Positions 22,721 to 35,126 of a DNA stretch of 64,000 nucleotides are shown here, piece by piece (position 1 is the first letter of the stretch; each line of letters begins with the position of its first letter). The stretch comes from Octopus bimaculoides (Eukaryota): positions 73,618,026 through 73,682,025 of the forward strand of contig NC_068985.1 in the NCBI RefSeq assembly GCF_001194135.2, in the 5' to 3' direction. Below the pieces are notes generated by a model. It was not told where the DNA came from. It did no database searches and worked only from the letters and a program-made list of their open reading frames with translations. Made by a program: the position numbers and the translations under genes.

Positions 22721-25004
22721 ACTGCCGGATAGACACCAATGTATTTCCCGAATATGCCAGTGTAGACTTGGAATAATCGCAAGGGATCATTCACATCGCA
22801 CCTAAATAATTCATTATGTTAACATAGTGCTAATTTGGGTGCCAGTCTTATAAGGCTGTCCGTTCTATATCCCAATACACCGAAAATGTACGCTTTGATA
22901 TAATTTTGCAGCGCGATTATTTCGGGCTGAGCGCCACCGCCAAGAAACCGAAAATTAAATATCAAAATTGCGTCTAGTATTGTCTTCTGACTGAAACTTC
23001 CAGAGGCGGACACATTGCAAAAGCCCACCAGTTGTGTGTCTGTGTGTGTTCGTACACCCAGACACGCTCAAACACACAACCGTTACCCACACTACGAATG
23101 TTTAATTGTATGACAAACTCTGAAGAACTTGTTCATTGAAGTAACCTCTGAGTCACTGAACATCCACTGCCATGATAACTTAGCGTAACTGGAGAGTGAT
23201 TTCAGAGTACACAAGAGTATTTTCAAATGGAAAACACTGTCAATTTTTAAAACGTTCTATACAGATTCCGGGAATCCTATTTTAGTTGCAAGCATTGCAT
23301 ATGTATACATAGGCTCATACATACACACACAAATGATATATGTATATATGTTTGTATGTATGTACATATATATATATGTATGTGTGTGTATGTGTGTATG
23401 TGTGTGTGTTTGTGCGTGTGTGTGTGTGTATGTGTGTGAGTTTGTGCGTGTGTGTGTGTATCTTTCTTTAACAAAGATCGCACAACTTTTGTAAACTAAT
23501 TCTAATATCGAGCTGTGTGTCATCTTTGACGGCGCGGATGAGCTGCTTACTTTAGAAAGATTATCAGACTTACTTTTGCTAAAGAAAATAAGATTATCTA
23601 ATATCCGACTCTTTCACTCCATGTATATATATATATATTTTTTTCGGATTTAAGGAACGAAACTCACGTAAAGTAAACCAAATTTACTTTTATAAGCTAA
23701 ATCTCAATGTGGTTGTTAGATTGAAAAGGGAAATAAAGACATATACAATAAAAAATTGTAATTGGAATCGAAAATAACAAAAGTAAGCGTATAAATAACA
23801 ATAGAAAGAAATCTTTCATGTACACCACAGATTTACAATGGAATACTTCCTAATTAATTAAAATGATACTTATAATCCATTAATAGACTTTCTTCAAGCC
23901 AAACATCAATATCCAGAGTTGAGTAGCGTTGATAACTGTAATTAGTCTAAGGATTAATTACTTCATGCAAAGAAATCAATGTTTTTTAAAAATATAAATA
24001 ATATGTGTGACTTATTTATGAGCGATGTCATTTTGTTTTCTACTTGCGAGAAATAAATGCGTTTAAACGAATCCTGAAGTAGAAATTAAATATCTTTTGT
24101 CCTGAGCCTTAGTGTTTGAATAAATGAAATAAAAATATCGTAGCTTTGATATATTCTTTCTCCCGGGGAGTGTCATCCAACTGCCATACAACTTTTATCG
24201 TGCTGTCGTAATATGAATCTAAATGCTTTCTTGTAAACACTCATGCATATGTGTGTATATAGGAGTTCAATGTGTATTTGCCTTGGGATCTGTTCAATTC
24301 CTACTTCACGTTATTCAAACCGGTCAATAACTTGTGAAAAGGTTGTTCGGTTTCAGGAACGGAGTTTGAGAGATTTGTCTATGGATCAAGCCTCGTGATC
24401 ATATGCGTTTATATATTTGTGTGTATAAATATTACTTGTGTCTGTGTGCATTTTTTGTACATGTACCTGATTTCCATATAATGTACAATTACGTAAATCG
24501 CGTTGATGCTCATCAGTATACGGCTCTATGCAAGATGTGTTATAAAACCTGATAATACTATGTCGTTCTTAAACAAGATCAGCACACAACTAGAGCCTTT
24601 ACGTTTGTTTCAAATGTTAAGCCTCACTATAATCGAGAATCACCACTGGGAAAACCTAATTCTTTACATACATAGAAACGCATACGAGAGAATGGCGTGT
24701 ATTTTCTGGACTAGAATATATTTCAGCTCAAAAAATTACTAGCATTCTATAAAATTTTGGTAAAGACAAGACTCTGGTATTCCGCTCACAGCTGAGAAAG
24801 TGCTTTTACTGTATACACACACATTGCTGATCATCTATCACATTACAGACAGATCACTCTGCTGATTGTCAGATATTCCATCTCAGACACATTTTAGCGC
24901 TTGCTCATAGCTAACTGTGCTCTATCTTTTCTATCGCTTCTTAAATGGAGTCGGTTCCCCGGAGTCGTCTGGCTTTGTGCCACCTCCATTCAGGCATACA
25001 CAAT

Positions 25005-25365
25005 TCATTCACTGCTCCTATATTTATAATAGATGTTCTCAATCTTATAAGCCACAAACTTGCCACTATATCCATTCTTACCTCTCCAGAAGAAATACTT
25101 CTCGAACTCACGCTTCACCTTCCGAATTGAAGGGACTAATGCTATCCAGGTAAATTCCTGAGTCAACTCTTCATGTAAACGCCTGGCTAACTGGAAGTTA
25201 GCCAGGCTTTTACGTGGAAGATTAATGGTATCAATTATCAATTATTCCTCATCTTCAGAGGGCATGTTTAAGCCATTAGCTCTGCTTCTGCCTATTCCTC
25301 CTGGCCCACCAAGTAAAAACATATCAACAAGATCGTGGATGGTAAGTCCAGGATAACGACGGTTA
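25005..25365 (-). pseudogene. Unassigned coding-like relic
   Basis: YPGLTIHDLVDMFLLGGPGGIGRSRANGLNMPSEDEE*LIIDTINLPRKSLANFQLARRLHEELTQEFTWIALVPSIRKVKREFEKYFFWRGKNG; one internal stop. Confidence 0.35.
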
Positions 25366-26475
25366 AAAAAAAACAGAAAAAACTTCCCTTAAATAATAAT
25401 GTTATTTAAAGCTACGTTTTGCATTTAAATCTTTCTGAGATTATTTATAGTTTTCCATTATTCCTGTGTCGATAAAATAAATACCAGTTCATCGTAGCAG
25501 TCGATTTAATCAACTATTTCATTTCTCAAACCATTTATGTTGGAAATTTATATTACATAAACACAGCAAAAATAATAACAGTAAGTTTCCCAATAGAGCA
25601 ATAAACATGCAGAGAACGCTTCTGCGAAGAAGCAATTGGGGGATTATTCATAGTTTTACGTGTCTGGTTGTCCTCGTACGCGCTGTGAGTGTGTATTTAT
25701 ACGTGTTCTGATGACAAAGATTACATATAAACAAGAACAAAGACTAAAGAACTAGCAAGAGGTAGACTGATTGCAATGCAACAGAATTTGATGTTTGCGT
25801 GTTTAAAGAAATATATGCGACAGTGTATAACAGTGTCTGTGTCTCTTCTGCATGTTTACACACACACACATGCACACATACATACTTATATATATATNNN
25901 NNNNNNNNNNNNNNNNNNNNNNNNNNNNNNNNNNNNNNNNNNNNNNNNNNNNNNNNNNNNNNNNNNNNNNNNNNNNNNNNNNNNNNNNNNNNNNNNNNNN
26001 NNNNNNNNNNNNNNNNNNNNNNNNNNNNNNNNNNNNNNNNNNNNNNNNNNNNNNNNNNNNNNNNNNNNNNNNNNNNNNNNNNNNNNNNNNNNNNNNNNNN
26101 NNNNNNNNNNNNNNNNNNNNNNNNNNNNNNNNNNNNNNNNNNNNNNNNNNNNNNNNNNNNNNNNNNNNNNNNNNNNNNNNNNNNNNNNNNNNNNNNNNNN
26201 NNNNNNNNNNNNNNNNNNNNNNNNNNNNNNNNNNNNNNNNNNNNNNNNNNNNNNNNNNNNNNNNNNNNNNNNNNNNNNNNNNNNNNNNNNNNNNNNNNNN
26301 NNNNNNNNNNNNNNNNNNNNNNNNNNNNNNNNNNNNNNNNNNNNNNNNNNNNNNNNNNNNNNNNNNNNNNNNNNNNNNNNNNNNNNNNNNNNNNNNNNNN
26401 NNNNNNNNNNNNNNNNNNNNNNNNNNNNNNNNNNNNNNNNGAAGAAAAACAATGAAAACTAACCAGTCGAAGTTA

Positions 26476-26534
26476 ATCATAGACGCGTTTCTGGCTTAGG
26501 AGCGATAACACTCCATTTCCTTCATCGGTATGAT
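26476..26534 (-). ncRNA. Hammerhead-like motif (core CCGAUGA, GAAAC-GCGUC)
   Basis: atcata-CCGATGA-agg...ggagtg ttat cgctcc...cca-GAAAC-GCGTC-tatgat; 6-bp stem I, palindromic stem III (ACGCGT). Confidence 0.55.
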
Positions 26535-27025
26535 ATTCTAGTTGTAAATTCGACGGTGCTAGCAAATTGTGCCTGCATGAACGAGTGAACATCATGCATC
26601 GGCACAACCTGAAAACACCTCCGAACCTACATAGGCCAGCCAGTCCACTATTCCTCCTCAAGAAATTACCATGTGCGTCACAAGCAATACCGCAGAAAAT
26701 TTGCGGTTTACTATCAGGGAGTGAATAATTATTACAATTAAAAGGGTAAAGGTTTATCAATTTATTAATTTAGTAATAAATTAACAATTAATAATTTTTA
26801 CCAAGCCCTTCCGTATGTAAACACCATTATCGGTGGAGAACTTATTTAAAAGTTCTTATACATTTATAAACATAATTAAGGGATCAGCAAACAGTTGCTA
26901 TTTCTGAACTTCGGTATGTGGTGAAGCAACTGTTTGCTGACCCCTTAATTATGTTTATAAATGCATGATGTTCACTCGTTCATGCATGCACAATTTTCTA
27001 GCACCGTCGAATTTAGAACTAGAAT

Positions 27026-27084
27026 ATCATACCGATGAAGGAAATGGAGTGTTATCGCTCCTAATCCAAAAACGCGTCTATGAT
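27026..27084 (+). ncRNA. Inverted copy of the hammerhead-like motif (GAAAC mutated to AAAAC)
   Basis: atcataccgatgaagg...ccaaaaacgcgtctatgat. Confidence 0.45.
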
Positions 27085-27600
27085 TAACTTCGACTGGTTA
27101 GTTTTCATTGTTTTTTCTTCTTGTTTTGCCTTTGTGAGTTACAAGTAATGCTATCTGTTGGAGTCTCAGCTTTTTCGCTGCTATTTCTGAACTTCGGTAT
27201 GTGGTGAAGCAACCGTTTGCTGATCCCTTAATTATGTTTATAAATGTATAAGATCTTTTAAATAAGTTCTCCACCGATAATGGTGTTTACATACCGAAGG
27301 GCTTGGTAAAAATTATTAATTGTTAATTTATTAATAAATTAATAAATTGATAAAGCTTTACCCTTTTAATTGTATATATATATNNNNNNNNNNNNNNNNN
27401 NNNNNNNNNNNNNNNNNNNNNNNNNNNNNNNNNNNNNNNNNNNNNNNNNNNNNNNNNNNNNNNNNNNNNNNNNNNNNNNNNNNNNNNNNNNNNNNNNNNN
27501 NNNNNNNNNNNNNNNNNNNNNNNNNNNNNNNNNNNNNNNNNNNNNNNNNNNNNNNNNNNNNNNNNNNNNNNNNNNNNNNNNNNNNNNNNNNNNNNNNNNN

Positions 27601-27672
<72 letters not shown>

Positions 27673-27673
<1 letters not shown>

Positions 27674-27836
27674 GACGGGATTTTTCCAGTTTCCGTATAC
27701 CAAATCCACTCATAAGGTTTTGTTCGGCCCGAGGCTATAATAGAGGATACTTGCACGAGTTGTCACGCAGTGGCATTAAACCCAGGACCATGTGGTTGGT
27801 AAGCATGTTTCCTGCTACACAGCCACTCCTGCGCCT
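27673..27836 (-). mobile_element. tRNA-derived SINE, 5' half
   Basis: Reverse complement of the 17252-17421 type head. Confidence 0.8.
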
Positions 27837-28901
27837 ATATATTTAGGATTACTGCAATTATTAATTCAGATGGAAAAAGTAGAAGAAAATGGAGAATAAA
27901 TGGATGTAATTACTGATTTATTTGGACTTTTTCTAGAAAAATGACATTTAAAAAAACATTACAAATGAATTGAAAGTTGAAAGCTCATAAAAGTTAAGAA
28001 AAAACGAAAGAAATACCTACATCTATATTTCTGTCTAAACCAATAAGTGGATAGGAGTTTCCAAACATGTTGTTTAATGTCAAGAAAATTGCAACGTTCA
28101 TAACATTTTATTGTTGGACTTCTTCAGGGTTCAAAAAGAACTATCTCCACTTAGGTAATCATTATATCTTTTTTTGCTCTTTTTTTTCTTACCTAAGTGG
28201 TGTTAGATCTTTTTGAACCATAAAATAGTATGAATGCGGCAATTGTCTTGACATTAAACAACATGTTTGGAAACACCTGTCTACTTATTGGTTGTGACAG
28301 AAACATATATGTAGGTTCTTCTTACGATTATTCTTAACTTTCTTGAGCTTTCAACTCACAATTTAGTTGTAATGTTTTTTTAAAAAAAAAACGGCACCTT
28401 CATACAACATGTAAATAAATCAGTAATTACATCACTTTATTCTCCATCTTCTCTCTCTCTCTCTCTCTCTCACTCTCTCTCTCTCTCTCTCTCNNNNNNN
28501 NNNNNNNNNNNNNNNNNNNNNNNNNNNNNNNNNNNNNNNNNNNNNNNNNNNNNNNNNNNNNNNNNNNNNNNNNNNNNNNNNNNNNNNNNNNNNNNNNNNN
28601 NNNNNNNNNNNNNNNNNNNNNNNNNNNNNNNNNNNNNNNNNNNNNNNNNNNNNNNNNNNNNNNNNNNNNNNNNNNNNNNNNNNNNNNNNNNNNNNNNNNN
28701 NNNNNNNNNNNNNNNNNNNNNNNNNNNNNNNNNNNNNNNNNNNNNNNNNNNNNNNNNNNNNNNNNNNNNNNNNNNNNNNNNNNNNNNNNNNNNNNNNNNN
28801 NNNNNNNNNNNNNNNNNNNNNNNNNNNNNNNNNNNNNNNNNNNNNNNNNNNNNNNNNNNNNNNNNNNNNNNNNNNNNNNNNNNNNNNNNNNNNNNNNNNN
28901 N

Positions 28902-28970
<69 letters not shown>

Positions 28971-29676
28971 CGAGAGAGAGGAAGTGAAAGATATATAGAA
29001 AGATAAATGGACAGATTTTCAGCAGGAGCTTATTTAGAAAAAGGGAGCAGAAAAAAGTTGTTGTTGTGAGGATACACCGAGACAGAAAGAAAGAGGGAGA
29101 GAGAGAAATAGAGAGGCGGGAGAGACAGAAAGGAGAGGGAGAATGTTAAAGATAGAATTAAAATTAGTTTCAAGCTGAAAAAAATTAAACAGATTGCTGT
29201 TGAGCACATCAATGTGATTTATGTGTATGTATTTATATGCATGCTTTTACATAAGGTTTATGCACGCGTGAAATATATTATATGAAACAGTGTATATACA
29301 CACACATACACGCACATATATATATATATATATGTGTGTGTGTGTCTGAGTGTGTGTGTGTGCGTGTGTGCGTGCGTGTGTATGATTGTGTGTGTGTGTA
29401 AATTACAGGATTCTAGTGAATCCGATACTGAGATGTTAAAGCACCAAGCTCGGGTCGGTGATATGTACAAACAATATTGGAAGATAAATACGTACTTACT
29501 AATGTAAACACAGCTTTATACTCCGGTTGTGCGTACAGTTACATATGGCCGACTGAAAATAATGCGTATCCTCAAAGTCGCGCATGGTTGCAACATTGAA
29601 CCCATTGTACTTTACACAGTAGACTCCTGCTCCAAGCAAATTGCAGGTTCCGAGTAAGGTAATTGGTCAACAAATA

Positions 29677-29834
29677 ACAACTGGCTACGTGGTAAAAACC
29701 TTGCTTCCCAATCACATGGTTCTGGTTTCAGTCTCACTTCATGGCACTTTCAGCTAGTGTCTTTTACTATAGCCTCGGGTCAGCCAGAGCCACGTAAGTG
29801 GTTTTGGTAGACGTTAACTGAATGATACCCGTTG

Positions 29835-29911
<77 letters not shown>

Positions 29912-30125
29912 TGGTTGTGTCTTTGTGACTGTGTTCGTAACTCCATTACCACTTAACACCTGGTGTTATGTGCCTGTAATACAGCGGGTCGTCAAAAGTA
30001 ATCGATAAAATAAGTACCACGCTCAACTAAAATAAGCAATGCAGTTGATGTGTTCGATTAAGGTCTTCAAGGCGGAGCTCCGGCATGGCTTCTGTCGAAT
30101 GCCTGGAACAAGTAAATGAACAAAA
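29677..30125 (+). mobile_element. tRNA-derived SINE with internal (TC)n(TA)n, diverged
   Basis: Head ggctacgtggtaaaaaccttgcttcccaatcacatgg; tail ggagctccggcatggc...gaacaagtaaa. Confidence 0.75.
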
Positions 30126-31296
30126 TAATAAAAGGCTATATGTATCAGTGCCTATGTAATTTTCTTGTACATGTGTTAGGAACTGCGTGAGACTATAGAC
30201 TGGCGTAGACCTTTTGAATGTAATACTGCTGTTTTAAATGCGAAGTGCCCAAGCATGTAAATATGCATGTGAAAATGTATAGCTGCGTGTAGCAATGTTC
30301 GTCCTTGTGACTCTTCGTGCGTCAAAATTTCTTTGCACCTATGAATGATTATATTTTCATATGATTATACACGTGTATGTTCGGATGTTATAACGGAACT
30401 TTATTAGTCCTTTCCTTGTACCGACCTAGTTATATTGAAGCTGCCGACATATTTTGTAATGTACAATCTACAGATTGATTGATTACAATCTCTGATGCAG
30501 CGGGGGTGGAGTGGACAGCCAAACTGATGTTGACGTTTTATTAGATCGTAACCGATAACATAAAATAAAAAAAAATCTGTACGTTCTATCACTCAAGTAG
30601 AAAAAAAAAAGTGAAAACAATTGGGAACAACTAAAAACGGAAAGTAAAATGAATTAACTGGCTAGAATTATGTGAATAGAATAAGCGAAAAAGTGGAAAA
30701 TATTAAAATATAGCTGAGTAAAGTAAATGAATGAATTCTAATTTATTCTAAGGTACTTTAATCAAATGCAGTAAGGAAAATTGGTGAGAGACGTCGGTGG
30801 AACTAACGGCTAAAATGATATATTTACTGTTGGATAAGATTTCTTTACACAGGCAAACAGTCTGAGATTTTTCTATGAGAACTACACAAGATGTAACTTA
30901 TGACATTCACATACTGTCTCAAAATATCAGATATGCATAAATGGCAGCTTATGTACAACGAAGCTGTACTGCAACTTCAGTTCACTAACGTGCATTTGGA
31001 AGCTTGAGATGAGGAGAATTGTGTAGATACCTGGAGAGATATACTTGCGACAAGGCGAGAACTGCCGAGCGTCGAGCTTAACGATTAATGTGAAGCCTGA
31101 GTTCTATGGGAGTGCAAGAGACAAGGGGACATAAACTCAGCCGACCCTAAAGAGTAGATTCCATTAAATTAATGTTAGAAAAGCAGAAATGGGAGACAGC
31201 GTACCCCTGGTTCGGCGACCGGGGATTTTTTGTGAATGACTTCTGCCACTCAGATTTTCTGGGTACTTTCCCCGATGTTGTTAAGGTTGTTAAGGT

Positions 31297-31467
31297 TCTC
31301 TTTACAGATTTTCTATAGATATTTTAACCAGCACTATTATTGTTATACGCCCACCACTCATTTTCGTCTTCGAACTCATTGTTATTTTAGTTAGGCGTTG
31401 CGGATGCGACACGTGATAACAAAATCACTGCTGGGTATAATTTCTATAGAAAATCTGTAGACAGAGA
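31297..31467. mobile_element. MITE-like foldback with about 50-bp inverted arms
   Basis: tctctttacagattttctataga...ttgttat versus ataacaaaatcactgctggg...tctatagaaaatctgtagacagaga. Confidence 0.65.
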
Positions 31468-31924
31468 TTTAGCGAGTATAACAGCAAAGAGTCGAAGGAA
31501 TGAAGATCATAATATCATATATTAAAGAGCAGGACCGTTTCCACAAGAAATTGAAAGATTTCATCAGTTTAGCCATTGGTTTGTTCTTAGAAACAGATTA
31601 TGAAATTCCATAAGGTAATTATTTACTAAATAGGCTAGGTTATTCTTTCATGTAATGTTGCCGGAAATGACGAAATTGAACTGGGTTTCTGTGAGATTCT
31701 AAGATCGACCATAAATGCACAGTGCCTTCATCCGCCCACTGTTACTTTATTTCAGAGACCCCAGATGAATGAAAGACGATATTGGCCTTAGTAGGCTTTA
31801 AGCAATGCAGTGAGCCCAACTCGCTATTCTGACAATCAACCACCATAATTTTTAAAATATTAATGATAGCAAAAATAACTTTTATTCTTTTCCTAAGAAG
31901 TCACACTTTTGATTAACAGATTTC

Positions 31925-32760
31925 ATGATTTCAGCAATCAAGTCTGGCCTATTTCACCACATCATCTCCTTTATCATGATAGTATTTGTTTTAATCTCTC
32001 TTAAGGTAATCATCAGATCAAGTGGGATAGCTTTTCCAATTGTAATTACAATACGTTCGAGGTACTCTATGAAAGGGTATCCCTCTTTCAGAGGAGTATC
32101 TAACTGATGGTTTACATCAAGATTATTAGGTTCAGATTTATATGACCTATCTTGTGCTAGAGCAAGCCAACTTTCGTATTCAGGGCTATCATCCCGTTCT
32201 TGTACTGTTGGCACTAGGAATGAGGTAATGCAGTAATTTAACTCTAAGCTCAGAATTGCAGCCCGTGACGCTCTGCTAAGAGCGGCAACAGCTTCTATAA
32301 ACTTCTTATCTGCGGCCTGCTCTCGTTCGTATTATTGTCTGCACTACAGCTTTTCACCGTTCTTTCTTTCTACCTGCTATTCGACAGATGGGCTTAAGTA
32401 GTTTGTATTAGCACACATGTACTAAATAAACATTCTGCTCTGCATCTTGCCTTATTCACCTATTTTTTATGGTATAGATTTTCCATCTTCGAGGTCATCA
32501 ACTCCTGAAGGTCCATGCAGGTCCTACCGCACAATATTTTATTGCAATTCACTTTCACATTCACTACATTTTTTTTGTACAAAAAACAAAACAAAAGATT
32601 GCTAATCATCAGCGCTTATGATAATGTCTTTGAACAGGATTCTCATGTCATGAACGACCTTCCACAAGCTGTCATAGTTAGCATCAGTGCTTATTGGATT
32701 AACAAGAAACGGTATGCTGAAATACAGTGGACAACCTCTTTTCTGGCGCCAATAAAAACG
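31925..32760 (-). pseudogene. Unassigned coding-like relic (126 stop-free codons at 31954-32331)
   Basis: YEREQAADKKFIEAVAALSRASRAAILSLELNY...PEYESWLALAQDRS...LDTPLKEGYPFIEYLERIV...MMW*NRPDLIAEIMKS; the frame still reads protein-like across the flanking stops. Confidence 0.45.
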
Positions 32761-32941
32761 ATTTCTATATTCTTTAATAGTGGGTAAAGGTGTTATAAAT
32801 ACAACTTTGCTTAACAGTAACTACAGGTGAGAAAGGGAAACAAAGAAAGAACAGAAACGAGAAATGTTGAATTGTTGAAAAGAGGAATACTAAAGAGAGG
32901 GAGAGAGAGAGAGAGAGAGNNNNNNNNNNGAATACTAAAGA

Positions 32942-32981
<40 letters not shown>

Positions 32982-33164
32982 CAGAGAAAATCTACATTAT
33001 TAAAAAGAGTAAGAAGGCGTAGAAGATCTATATAATTCTGCATTTGTGTGATAAAAATTCAGGCACAATCGAAATGTTTAACATAATGAAAAAATTTCAT
33101 GAAGACATTGATATATTTATAGACCTATTAAATTAAAGTGAAACAACAATAACTGTGGAAGTTA

Positions 33165-34230
33165 CTCTTATCCTTTACGTGTTCGAATCCAAAACATGTA
33201 GTTCTGTTATCAATTCTGTTCTTCACATAATTTGTCCTGAATGCTTGTTTTTGTGCAGCTCATATAAATACTTTTGTATCTGTATCCAAGACACTCCACC
33301 GCATCCATAACCACCGACCTTCTGTACCTGACTCTCTGCACGTATCTCTTGCAATCTGGGCGTACATTTTTTTCTCCTTTCGATGCCATTTCCTTTTCCG
33401 TGCATGCTTCTTTAACTTTCTCTTTCTCAACACCATTATTAGTATTTTGATACCGGATTTCTCTACATGTATCAACATTGATTTCAGATTTTTTACATAC
33501 TACCGTAAACTGTTTACCTCTGACTCAATACAACCCTGACAATTGATCAAAACCTCTCTCTCTTGTTCTTCTGGACATTTACAAGAATGACTATGGACAT
33601 CACACTTGTGATGAAATGCTCCGTGCAATGTCAACAATTTCTACCACTTCGTGTCCATACGGATGAGCCATTCTTTTGCTAGCTTATGATTCCAAATTCA
33701 TATTTAGTGATGATATCTCCCTTGTATTTACTGCTTGGAATTTATTCCATCCAGGTTATTTTGAGCGCAACGCCTGTCATAGTCTTAAGAAATACACTTC
33801 AGTTGTTCTTTCATTTCCTTCCCCATGATTTCATTGAACTCTAGAATGCTATATCCCTTCTTTTTCAATTTGTTTTATTACTCCCCTATTTGGTAATTTT
33901 CTCTGTGCCATGGACTGTACTTTGCCATTTTCAGACTCATTACATCACACTTCTTGTGCCAGAATTCCGTCTTAATATCAGTACTGAAACAGTTGACAGT
34001 GTTCACCAAGACACTTCATTCTTGACATACAGCTTCAAATCAGTCATCCTTCCTTTGTTCCGAACAAGATACAAAGCAATGGCAATAAACCTGAAAGGGA
34101 CCCATAATTTGAGAACCAGCATCACTGCCCTGCACCTTGCCGACACAGTAAAGTATTTTGTTGGGTGTACTTACAACTCATCCAGCTTGTCGCCTTTTGA
34201 CTGGGCGATAATACAAATGTATTGTTGCTA
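33165..34230 (-). mobile_element. R4/Dong-like RT-to-zinc-knuckle region fragment
   Basis: MTDLKLYVKNE (YMDDLKLY equivalent); RKLLTLHGAFH; KEKKMYAQIAR...WLWMR...AAQ.QAFRTNYVK. Confidence 0.8.
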
Positions 34231-34389
34231 ATTTCTTCTAAATAATATAATTTTCATGTACTGCAAAATATTAGATAATGCTGAGGAGGAAATAATACTT
34301 CATTGGGATGTGAATACAGAAAGCTCTTTCCTTGCATAGAAAATAAAAATTATCATTCCTTTAACACAGAATCGTTTTTTGCAACGGTC

Positions 34390-34560
34390 AATATCATTAG
34401 CCTCAATTTTTCCGTTTTTACGGTCTGAGTTTAAATTCCCGCGAGGTAGATTTTACCTTTCATTCTTTGGGGGTTGATAAAATAAGTCCCAGTTGGGTCC
34501 ATTGGTCGATGTTATCGACTAGTATCTCGCAAATATTTCAGGCTTTCGACCCAAACTAGC
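34390..34560 (+). mobile_element. tRNA-derived SINE fragment (second family)
   Basis: ctgagtttaaattcccgcgagg...gataaaataagt...gtcgatgttatcgact. Confidence 0.65.
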
Positions 34561-34927
34561 GGTGACTTCTTTTATAAAGTACCATACAAGTGAAACTAGA
34601 TTAATATAACATGTTCAGAATATTTTCGCTGAATTAAGGAATGGCAGGATAAGAGATTAATATATAATGCTCCCCAGAACAGAAAGTGTGGTAAGTGTCG
34701 TATTTCTCATTGCGGCAGGTATTTTAATAAAGATAAACATTCAATTGTTTTGCAAAATGAAATCATACATTGGCAGAGAACACAGTGCGGTGAAGCGATA
34801 GAAATCAAGTCAAATAATATTGATGGATAAACTGAATAACTAAATAAATGAATGAAGCATAAATTAAGAGATTGCAGTAAACTACACTGACACTACATTT
34901 GCATAGAATTAGTATATATATGTATGC

Positions 34928-34960
<33 letters not shown>

Positions 34961-35094
34961 NNNNNNNNNNNNNNNNNNNNNNNNNNNNNNNNNNNNNNNN
35001 NNNNNNACACATACATATATGCATATATATTTATATATATATAAGTATACATACATATATATACTTGGTATATATAGGTGTGTGTGTTTGTTTG

Positions 35095-35126
<32 letters not shown>

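Larger units (their letters stand above)
26441..27383. mobile_element. PLE-type pseudo-LTR complex with nested inverted duplications
   Basis: 26441-26600 is inverted at 26962-27120; 26733-26899 is inverted at about 27205-27375 and partly at 26925-26963; the spacer gctatttctgaacttcggtatgtggtgaagc occurs twice. Confidence 0.75.

Noticed and set aside
25088-25340. Plus-strand exon pair (KKYFSNSR...IQ and EGMFKPL...SWM with a GTAAGT donor)
   Set aside because: Phases are incompatible and splicing gives a stop; the sequence reads better as the antisense of the - strand relic.
29405-29660. Exon-like GC-richer patch with strong donors on both strands
   Set aside because: No single frame with consistent acceptor, donor and recognisable peptide.
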